A stretch of DNA of 64,000 nucleotides from a virus. A program made the position numbers and the translations under genes. A model generated the notes under the pieces. It saw nothing but the letters and a program-made list of their open reading frames with translations. It did no database searches and was not told where the DNA came from. The DNA lies in the IMG/VR virus record IMGVR_UViG_3300033141_000124, positions 46,544 to 110,543 of that record. One strand, 5' to 3'. Below, piece by piece: positions 27,843-34,951 of this stretch (position 1 is its first letter; each line of letters opens with the position of its first letter).

Positions 27843-28250
27843 TTATTTTTTCTTACTTGCAGTTACTTTACTTTCACCTTTAGTTACTGTAACATCTGTG
27901 TCAGTAACATCTACCTGCATTGGATCATCTTCTTTATCAGATAATTCCTTGATTAGACTTTTAATTATTTCTAGTTCTGGCTTCTCTTCTTTTTCTACGG
28001 CTCCTACTATATGTTGTAGTATACCTATCATAGCCATTGCTGCAGTAGAAACCAAACCAATAACAGCAGTTAAAGCACCACCCTCTAAAAACTGAGAACT
28101 GATTACACCTATAATTACTAATACTGTTATGTAATTTATAGCATGTTTACCTAAATGTTTAGATGCTATTTCTTTAGCTGTACTTTGAGCTTCAATTTTA
28201 TCAATCTCAATCTTTGCTAATACCTCTTCTTTTAATTTTTCTTTACTCAT
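27843..28250 (-). CDS. Two-TM membrane protein (possible lysis accessory)
   Basis: Two hydrophobic helices, charged termini; adjacent to the holin. Confidence 0.65.
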   Translation of the reverse strand: MSKEKLKEEVLAKIEIDKIEAQSTAKEIASKHLGKHAINYITVLVIIGVISSQFLEGGALTAVIGLVSTAAMAMIGILQHIVGAVEKEEKPELEIIKSLIKELSDKEDDPMQVDVTDTDVTVTKGESKVTASKKK

Positions 28251-28253
28251 AAC

Positions 28254-29096
28254 TTAAGGATATATTCTTATTTCTATTCCTGTTCTTATTAATTCACTGT
28301 CAGCAAGACTACCTTGAGCTTGCACCCCTAACTGAAACTGTGCAGTAGTAGCACTAAATACATTAACCACTACTGTTTGATTTTTTAAATTACCTAATGC
28401 AGGTGCAAAAAATACTTTGTTTACATCAGCTAGAGCTGTATCCCAAGTACCTCTATACAGTCCTGTATTTATACGTGACCAAGTAATATTATTACCTGTT
28501 GTATTTTCTAATACTGTTGCAGTTGGTGCATTTGTTGAATTTTGATTTAACAAAGCAACATAGCTTGTATATGGTCTACCACCCGGAGCACTCAAAGTTA
28601 TTTGATTAGCACTTTGTGCTATATTAATACCTGATCCTTGTACAATACTTCTAAAGTTAAGAGTCTCTCCAACTTTATCTTTAAACAATCCAAAACCACC
28701 ACCTACATTGGCTGCCGTATTGGGTTCTCCTTCTGTTGTAATTTCTATATAATTATCATCAGAAGATGTAGCAAGAGTAAGGTTGCTGCTTAGGGACTTA
28801 AGGGATCTAAAAAATACAGTACAAGTCTCTGTTACTTCAGAAGATTCTGTCTTCTGATATACTTGAGCTGTGCCTGCAGCTGGATCAGCTGGAGAATTTG
28901 CATGATTACAGTTCTCTGCAGCAACCTTAAAATCTCTCACTTTTATAACCTTAATGCTTTTATATGGTATTGGTGAAGCAACACCAGTCATATCTGGTTC
29001 TTCATTAGTACCTAATATAAGCACATCATCTAGTTCTGCTTTCTTTGCAAAAATAGATCTTCTTATTAAACTTAATACGTCAGTTAAAATATTCAT
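28254..29096 (-). CDS. Short tail-fibre-like structural protein
   Basis: NVGGG.GLFKDKVG.TLNFRSI..GSGI fibre-type motif; N-terminus resembles that of the 1211-aa fibre. Confidence 0.65.
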   Translation of the reverse strand: MNILTDVLSLIRRSIFAKKAELDDVLILGTNEEPDMTGVASPIPYKSIKVIKVRDFKVAAENCNHANSPADPAAGTAQVYQKTESSEVTETCTVFFRSLKSLSSNLTLATSSDDNYIEITTEGEPNTAANVGGGFGLFKDKVGETLNFRSIVQGSGINIAQSANQITLSAPGGRPYTSYVALLNQNSTNAPTATVLENTTGNNITWSRINTGLYRGTWDTALADVNKVFFAPALGNLKNQTVVVNVFSATTAQFQLGVQAQGSLADSELIRTGIEIRIYP

Positions 29097-29263
29097 TATC
29101 CACTGTATGTATTATGGGTTCCTCCTCCAAGTTTCTTTTTCTTGCCACCCTTTTTCATTTTTGATTTTGACTGACCAAACATTAAATTATCTAACTCTCC
29201 TCCAGACATCCTTACTAAAAGTTTTGTCTTTTGTTTAGTCATTTTCTGTTTAGGTAAACCCAT
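29096..29263 (-). CDS. Small basic protein (start revised to ATG 29263)
   Basis: MGLPKQK...RMSGG...MKKGG...LGGG; an upstream 36-aa ORF ends at 29268. Confidence 0.55.
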   Translation of the reverse strand: MGLPKQKMTKQKTKLLVRMSGGELDNLMFGQSKSKMKKGGKKKKLGGGTHNTYSG

Positions 29264-29267
29264 TTTT

Positions 29268-29378
29268 TTACTTTTTCCCATGGCACTTGTCTTTTTTATC
29301 ACATATACCTTCTCTACACCAACCTAGGCATACAGTTCCAAAAGTAATCCATTTAATAAATACACAAATGTTTCTCAT
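29268..29378 (-). CDS. Unannotated 36-aa Cys-rich peptide
   Basis: MRNICVFIKWITFGTVCLGWCREGICDKKDKCHGKK*; ATGA coupling. Confidence 0.55.
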   Translation of the reverse strand: MRNICVFIKWITFGTVCLGWCREGICDKKDKCHGKK

Positions 29379-29509
29379 CTTCCTTGTCCTTTATACAATT
29401 TTTTATAGTTTCTACTACTCTTTACTTTAGATGTTCTTGTTTTAGCATGAATACCTGGCCTCTTAGCTCTCCTTGGTCTTTCATAACTAGTATTTAAAAC
29501 TCTAGCCAT
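29375..29509 (-). CDS. Unannotated 44-aa basic protein ending YKGQGR
   Basis: MARVLNTSYERPRRAKRPGIHAKTRTSKSKSSRNYKKLYKGQGR*; overlaps both neighbours. Confidence 0.7.
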   Translation of the reverse strand: MARVLNTSYERPRRAKRPGIHAKTRTSKVKSSRNYKKLYKGQGR

Positions 29510-29753
29510 TCTTCTTTTTTCTTCCTCTTCTAGGTTTACCTGCTATTGCATCATCTATATCTCCAAGTTGATTACCTACTTCTTTAATTGCTCTTCCTAC
29601 ATCTGCTAACTCTTCTGCTGTTAGCTTATATCTCTTTTTTATCTCCTTTAATGTAGCTACTGCTTTTTCATCTAAAGAAGTTCTTGACCATACTGCTCTC
29701 CAATAATCTTGAAGGCTATAAGTCCATAATACATTTACAATTTTTTTAAACAT
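29502..29753 (-). CDS. Hypothetical coiled-coil protein
   Basis: 83-aa ORF, first gene after a promoter-like motif. Confidence 0.7.
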   Translation of the reverse strand: MFKKIVNVLWTYSLQDYWRAVWSRTSLDEKAVATLKEIKKRYKLTAEELADVGRAIKEVGNQLGDIDDAIAGKPRRGRKKKNG

Positions 29754-29773
29754 AATAATCTATTTTGTTATAC

Positions 29774-29792
29774 TATAATAATAATATACAAA
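29774..29792 (-). promoter_or_regulatory. Conserved 19-bp motif (candidate late promoter)
   Basis: TTTGTATATTATTATTATA on the - strand; identical copy at 34930-34948. Confidence 0.65.
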
Positions 29793-29793
29793 T

Positions 29794-29828
29794 TTTGCTG
29801 GACTCAATCAAATTTAATAGTATATTTG
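29794..29828 (+). promoter_or_regulatory. Candidate host sigma-A promoter driving nrdBA
   Basis: TTTG-N23-TATATTTG. Confidence 0.5.
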
Positions 29829-29848
29829 TTGTTTTGCTGACCCCGGCA

Positions 29849-29867
29849 TATATAAATAATATACAAA
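29849..29867 (-). promoter_or_regulatory. Second copy of the 19-bp motif (2 mismatches)
   Basis: + strand TATATAAATAATATACAAA. Confidence 0.45.
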
Positions 29868-29910
29868 ATTTATTGTAATTAATTAACCTTTAACAGGTCA
29901 AATAAAAAAT

Positions 29911-29982
29911 ATGGAAGTATGCTTTTTACTCTTCTATTTTTTTCTTACATTATTAATACTTGCAGCTGCATTTCTTCTATGA
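29911..29982 (+). CDS. Possible 23-aa hydrophobic peptide
   Basis: MEVCFLLFYFFLTLLILAAAFLL*; A-rich leader. Confidence 0.35.
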   Translation: MEVCFLLFYFFLTLLILAAAFLL

Positions 29983-30021
29983 GGTGCGGCCTTTTTATAC
30001 TAATAACTCAATTAAATAATT

Positions 30022-30999
30022 ATGAAAGATATATTCAGACCCAGACTAAACATTTTACCTTATGAATATCCACAGCTCTTAGCTTATAAAGATGCCATTA
30101 GACATTCTTATTGGATAGATACAGAATTCAATTTTACAGAAGATATACAAGACTTTAAAGTAACTATCTCTGATGAAGAGCGTGATATAATTAAGAAGAC
30201 TATGCTTGCAATTGCACAGATAGAAGTAAATGTAAAAACATTTTGGGCTGATATATATAAAAGAATGTCTATAACTGAAATAGGTGATGTAGGTATGACC
30301 TTTGCAGAATCTGAAGTAAGACATAAAGATGCATATGCTAGACTCCTGAGGATCTTAGGCTTAGAAAGTGATTTTAAAAAGGTGATTGATGTACCAGCTA
30401 TCAAAGGTAGAATTAATTACTTACAAAAGTATTTAGATGGATCACGTAGTAGAGATAATAAAATGTATACTAAGTCTGTTCTATTGTTCTCTCTATTCAT
30501 AGAGCATGTTAGTTTGTTTAGCCAGTTCTTAATTATGATGAGCTTTAACAAAGAAAGAAATGTACTCAAGGGTATATCTAATGTTGTTGAGGCTACCAGT
30601 AAAGAAGAAGAAATACATGGCAACTTTGGAGCAGAACTTATTAATATAATCAAGGAAGAAAACCCTAAATGGTTTGATGAAGACTTTGAAAAGTTGATTC
30701 ATTCTGCATGTAAAAAAGCATATGAAGCTGAGTGTGGTATACTAGATTGGATATTTGAGAAAGGGGAATTAGAATTTTTACCAAAGAAAACTATAAAGAA
30801 TTTTATAAAGAATAGATTTAACAATTCTCTTGAAAAAATTGGGATGCCTGCTTTATTTATTGTAGATTTGGAAATGCTTGAATCAACAGAGTGGTTTGAT
30901 ATTGAAATCACCGGTACTAAAGAGGGAGACTTCTTCTACAAGAAAAGTGTAGACTACAATAAGAAAAGCAAAAGCATAACTGAAGATGATCTATTTTAA
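30022..30999 (+). CDS. nrdB: Ribonucleotide reductase class I beta subunit (class Id-like)
   Basis: AIAQIEVNVKTFW, ESEVRHKDAY, IEHVSLF, KEEEIH; C-terminal DFF..KSVDY...DDLF. Confidence 0.92.
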   Translation: MKDIFRPRLNILPYEYPQLLAYKDAIRHSYWIDTEFNFTEDIQDFKVTISDEERDIIKKTMLAIAQIEVNVKTFWADIYKRMSITEIGDVGMTFAESEVRHKDAYARLLRILGLESDFKKVIDVPAIKGRINYLQKYLDGSRSRDNKMYTKSVLLFSLFIEHVSLFSQFLIMMSFNKERNVLKGISNVVEATSKEEEIHGNFGAELINIIKEENPKWFDEDFEKLIHSACKKAYEAECGILDWIFEKGELEFLPKKTIKNFIKNRFNNSLEKIGMPALFIVDLEMLESTEWFDIEITGTKEGDFFYKKSVDYNKKSKSITEDDLF

Positions 31000-31001
31000 T
31001 T

Positions 31002-32627
31002 ATGGAATATAAAAAATACTACTGGCTTAATGAGAATAGTAGAACCTTCTTATCTAGAGGGTACATTAGTGAAGAACCAGAACAGAGAATAAAAGATATA
31101 GCTAATACTGCAGAGAAGTATTTACACATGCCTGGGTTTGCTGAGAAGTTTGAAAACTATATGTCTAAAGGTTATTATAGTTTATCTACACCGGTATGGA
31201 TAAATTTTGGAAAACAAAAAGGTTTACCTATCAGCTGTTATGGTTCTAACATAGATGATAACTTAGATAGTATACTAAATGCAGGACGTGAGATAGGAAT
31301 GATGTCTAAGTATGGCGGAGGTACAAGTTGTTTTTTAGGTAATATAAGACCTAGAGGATCTGAGATATCTACAGGAGGCTTTGCAGATGGTCCTGTTCAC
31401 TATGCTAGAATATATGACACAGTGGTTGATGTATGTAAACAGTCTGAAGCAAGACGTGGTGCATGTGCAGCATACTTACCAGTAGAGCATCCTGATATAG
31501 AAGAGTTCTTAGATATTGGAACAGAAGGTAATCCTATACAAAATCTACAGTATGGTATTACTGTATCTGATGCATGGCTAAGATCTATGAAAGCAGGGAG
31601 TAAAGAAAAACGTAAGATCTGGGCTAAAGTAATTCAAAGAAGATCTGAGTTTGGTTACCCTTACATAATGTTTAAAGATAACTCTAATAACAATACACCA
31701 TACAAAGAAATAGGTATGGAGATAACAGCATCTAACTTATGTTCTGAAATTCAACTTCCTACAGACACATACAATTCTTTTGTGTGCTGTCTAGGATCTA
31801 TAAATTTATTACACTGGGATGAGATTATAAAGACTGATGCTATAGAAACATATGTGTTCTTTTTAAATGCTGTGATGGATGAGTTTATAAGAAAATCAGA
31901 AGTTAAAGCTGGCCTCAAAAGAGCATTTAATTTTGCTAGCAAACATAGAGCTATTGGTCTAGGTGTATTAGGATATCATAGTTTGTTTCAATCAAAGCTA
32001 ATTGAGTTTGAGTCTCTTAGAGCTAAGCAGCTAAACAATCATATATTTAAAACTTTAAAAGAAGTATCTGAAGAAGCTTCTAGATGGTTATATGAACACA
32101 GAGGATATAGGTCATTAAGAGAAGGGTATGCCAACACTACTCTAATGGCTATTGCTCCTACTAAATCTAGTAGTTTTATACATGGTGCTGTCTCTATGGG
32201 TATAGAACCTATCAAGTCAAATTACTTTATCAAGGATCTAGCAAAGTCTAAAACAGTTTATAAGAATCCATTCTTAGAACAGGAGTTAGATAAGTATGGG
32301 TTAAATACTAAAAAGACCTGGGACAGCATTCTTAAGAAAGATGGTTCTGTACAACATCTTAACTTTCCAACAAAAGAAGTATTCAAATCATTTATTGAGA
32401 TATCACCAAAAGAACTTGTACTACAAGCTGCACAAAGACAAAAGTATATTGATCAATCACAGTCATTAAACTTAATGATTGACCCGTCAGTGCCAGCTAA
32501 AGATATTAATAAACTGTATTTATATGCCCATGAAGAAGGTGTAAAAACTTTATACTATCAGTTTAGTATTAGTTCTGCTCAAGATTTTGCTAGGAATATA
32601 TTAGAGTGTGCTAGTTGTGAAGGTTAA
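31002..32627 (+). CDS. nrdA: Ribonucleotide reductase class I alpha subunit, no ATP cone
   Basis: PISCY, SNLCSEI, CCLGSINL, IAPTKSSS, KTLYY, C-terminal CASCEG. Confidence 0.95.
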   Translation: MEYKKYYWLNENSRTFLSRGYISEEPEQRIKDIANTAEKYLHMPGFAEKFENYMSKGYYSLSTPVWINFGKQKGLPISCYGSNIDDNLDSILNAGREIGMMSKYGGGTSCFLGNIRPRGSEISTGGFADGPVHYARIYDTVVDVCKQSEARRGACAAYLPVEHPDIEEFLDIGTEGNPIQNLQYGITVSDAWLRSMKAGSKEKRKIWAKVIQRRSEFGYPYIMFKDNSNNNTPYKEIGMEITASNLCSEIQLPTDTYNSFVCCLGSINLLHWDEIIKTDAIETYVFFLNAVMDEFIRKSEVKAGLKRAFNFASKHRAIGLGVLGYHSLFQSKLIEFESLRAKQLNNHIFKTLKEVSEEASRWLYEHRGYRSLREGYANTTLMAIAPTKSSSFIHGAVSMGIEPIKSNYFIKDLAKSKTVYKNPFLEQELDKYGLNTKKTWDSILKKDGSVQHLNFPTKEVFKSFIEISPKELVLQAAQRQKYIDQSQSLNLMIDPSVPAKDINKLYLYAHEEGVKTLYYQFSISSAQDFARNILECASCEG

Positions 32628-33034
32628 AATGCTGACTCTTCAATTACAACATTGATAGCATCTTTTAATTCAGATAATCCAACAGGACATTCTAGATCTA
32701 AGCCTGCCTTAAATGCCTTTTCTTTTGTTCCTTCTTTGAATATAATGATTGTAGGGGCCATCCTAACTCTGTACTCTTTCTTTGCTGATGGTGCTTTTGC
32801 TATATCAACTCTATAGTATTTTACACCGTCCATATCATCTATCTGTTTCCAGTCTGAAAAAGAATTGTCTTGATTAAACTCTGCCCAAAACTCTATTATT
32901 ATGATATCTTGTGAATCGTCAAACCCTCCTTGCTCATTGATAATATCTTGGAAGTTACTATCATCTATCCACTCTTGAGCAGCAAGGTTTGTCGTGAATA
33001 GTAAAAATATTATAAATAAAATTATTTTTTTCAT
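32624..33034 (-). CDS. Exported thioredoxin-fold protein lacking CxxC
   Basis: Signal peptide MKKIILFIIFLL..NLAA; IIEFWAEFN, YRVDI, MAPTIIIFKEG. Confidence 0.7.
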   Translation of the reverse strand: MKKIILFIIFLLFTTNLAAQEWIDDSNFQDIINEQGGFDDSQDIIIIEFWAEFNQDNSFSDWKQIDDMDGVKYYRVDIAKAPSAKKEYRVRMAPTIIIFKEGTKEKAFKAGLDLECPVGLSELKDAINVVIEESAF

Positions 33035-33037
33035 GGT

Positions 33038-33325
33038 CTACTTTTTAGTAAGATCATAGATCCTCTCCTCCATTTTTTCAAACTTATCTAGGAGCATTTC
33101 TACATCTTCTTGGGTATCCATAATTGTTTGTCTAATTAACTCATCTTTGAGGTCGTACTCAACTCTGTCAATCACTGGTGCTGGGAGTTCCATAGCTTGA
33201 GCTATATCTGCTTGTAACGTAAACCACATAGTAGATAAGGAGATTACAAATCCTACTATTAGCCCTATTGTTTTTAAATCTAATGTTACTTTTGTTTCTT
33301 CTCCTATTTGAGGTGGTTGTGCCAT
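33038..33325 (-). CDS. Single-TM coiled-coil membrane protein
   Basis: TIGLIVGFVISLSTMWF helix followed by a heptad-rich tail. Confidence 0.7.
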   Translation of the reverse strand: MAQPPQIGEETKVTLDLKTIGLIVGFVISLSTMWFTLQADIAQAMELPAPVIDRVEYDLKDELIRQTIMDTQEDVEMLLDKFEKMEERIYDLTKK

Positions 33326-33329
33326 GATC

Positions 33330-33680
33330 TTAATTTTTATTTATGTTAATGGATGGTTTAGTTCCTGAGTTACCACCATTTGAATTAGTATTTGAATTGT
33401 TGTTTGGTCTAGGACTATTAGCTGGTCTATTAGGTAATACAACAGTTGGTCTAACAACTGGTCTAGGATTCCAATACATATAGTTATTCCAATTATAATA
33501 TGGTTGAGTCCTATATATAACTTCTGTTCTGTATCTAGGTCTTAGTTTATCTATATCCACAGCTACGGTATCACCAGCAGCTGTTATTGCTAATACTTTA
33601 TCATACTGCACTATAGGTTGATAAGAGCTACATGCTCCTACAAATAATACTAGTATTAATATAGATATAATTTTTTTCAT
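33330..33680 (-). CDS. Lipoprotein with Pro/Asn-rich tail
   Basis: MKKIISILILVLFVGA-C lipobox; RPVVRPTVVLPNRPANSPRP. Confidence 0.75.
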   Translation of the reverse strand: MKKIISILILVLFVGACSSYQPIVQYDKVLAITAAGDTVAVDIDKLRPRYRTEVIYRTQPYYNWNNYMYWNPRPVVRPTVVLPNRPANSPRPNNNSNTNSNGGNSGTKPSININKN

Positions 33681-34888
33681 TATTTAAATGTAAAGTTTAG
33701 TCCAAAGCTTGTTTGAAATAATTCACTATCCCACATCTTACTATATTCTCCTTCTGCAAAGATGCCAATATGTTTGCTAATCTTCCACCCAAAACTTACA
33801 CCAGCAGAATAGTCTTCCCACTGCTCTAACTCAGAGTCTTGTACTAGTCCACCTTTACCCCAGTTGTTTCTGTTTAAATAAGACAGTGCCTCATCACCTT
33901 GTATATACTTATGATATGGTAGTATATAATTAGCATATGCATGCAACCAGAACTTACTCTTATAGTGATAGAAATCTAAACCTACAATAGGTGCAATCTC
34001 ACCAAAAGCATCTAGCAAGTCCCATGCTTCTCTGTTAAATCTATTCATCAACTCAGTAAAAATAGTCTCTCTAAACTGAAGATCTGTATAAGCTACAATC
34101 TCTCCATCAGGATCTATCCAATACCAGTCAGAAGTTTCATTACCTAGCTCATCTTCTTGTGTGTAATATATATCATCATATCCATACTCAAAACCTAATT
34201 CATACCAATAGTTAACTGGATACTCTTGTCCATTTATAATCTGTGTTTCATTTAACCATATTTCAATTGGGTTATATCCATAAGCACGGTCATGAGTACG
34301 GTAGATTGCACCAGCTGATATACTAAACTTCTCTCCTAATGGTAATCTTGCTCTTAGTTCAGCTGATTGGTAATCTAAATTTATCTTTCCAACCTCTCTA
34401 CTCTCTACTTTTGCTATATGATATTTACCAGTATGTTTTAAAAAGTATCTGTGGTTGTCAAACATTTCTCCTCTCCATCTTTCTTTCTCAATGTGGAATT
34501 GATACTCTAGTCCATCTATTGCTGATGTTGGTGCAGTAAATGCTAGTTGTTGTTCTGTCCCATCATACCAGTTTCTAGGCTTTCTTTCATAGTTAAATCT
34601 TGCTAGCTTACGTATACCAAAGCCATAACGGTAATCAAAAGCATAGTCAGGAGTGTTATCTACTACATCTGGTATAGAATATAAACCTCCATCTGGATTA
34701 GTTCTTACAAAAAATGTTTGTTCTCTGGCCTCAATAGAATTATTAATATCTCCTGCTCCATACACAGTACCGTATTTCAAGAAGTCTTGATATATAGACT
34801 TGAAGAATTTGCCTTTCTCTTCTTGATCTTGAGCTGAAACAATATTAAAAAAGAATATACATACCAGTACACTTAAATATCTTTTCAT
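33680..34888 (-). CDS. Putative outer-membrane beta-barrel protein
   Basis: Signal peptide (VSA-Q); many amphipathic aromatic strands; C-terminal SFGLNFTFK beta-signal. Confidence 0.75.
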   Translation of the reverse strand: MKRYLSVLVCIFFFNIVSAQDQEEKGKFFKSIYQDFLKYGTVYGAGDINNSIEAREQTFFVRTNPDGGLYSIPDVVDNTPDYAFDYRYGFGIRKLARFNYERKPRNWYDGTEQQLAFTAPTSAIDGLEYQFHIEKERWRGEMFDNHRYFLKHTGKYHIAKVESREVGKINLDYQSAELRARLPLGEKFSISAGAIYRTHDRAYGYNPIEIWLNETQIINGQEYPVNYWYELGFEYGYDDIYYTQEDELGNETSDWYWIDPDGEIVAYTDLQFRETIFTELMNRFNREAWDLLDAFGEIAPIVGLDFYHYKSKFWLHAYANYILPYHKYIQGDEALSYLNRNNWGKGGLVQDSELEQWEDYSAGVSFGWKISKHIGIFAEGEYSKMWDSELFQTSFGLNFTFK

Positions 34889-34929
34889 ATTTGAATTTAA
34901 TTTAATTAATAAGATAGTAAGTTGGTTTG

Positions 34930-34948
34930 TATAATAATAATATACAAA
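34930..34948 (-). promoter_or_regulatory. Conserved 19-bp motif (candidate late promoter)
   Basis: Identical to 29774-29792; upstream of the OMP gene. Confidence 0.65.
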
Positions 34949-34951
34949 AAA

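Noticed and set aside
29264-29302. Track start of the 68-aa ORF at 29302
   Set aside because: Overlaps a coupled 36-aa ORF in another frame; ATG 29263 is the more plausible start
16867-32627. Introns or inteins in PolB or RNR
   Set aside because: Both have compact lengths with contiguous motifs and no intein termini
32624-33034. Thioredoxin-like gene abutting nrdA as the RNR reductant
   Set aside because: Lacks CxxC, has a signal peptide and belongs to the opposite-strand operon
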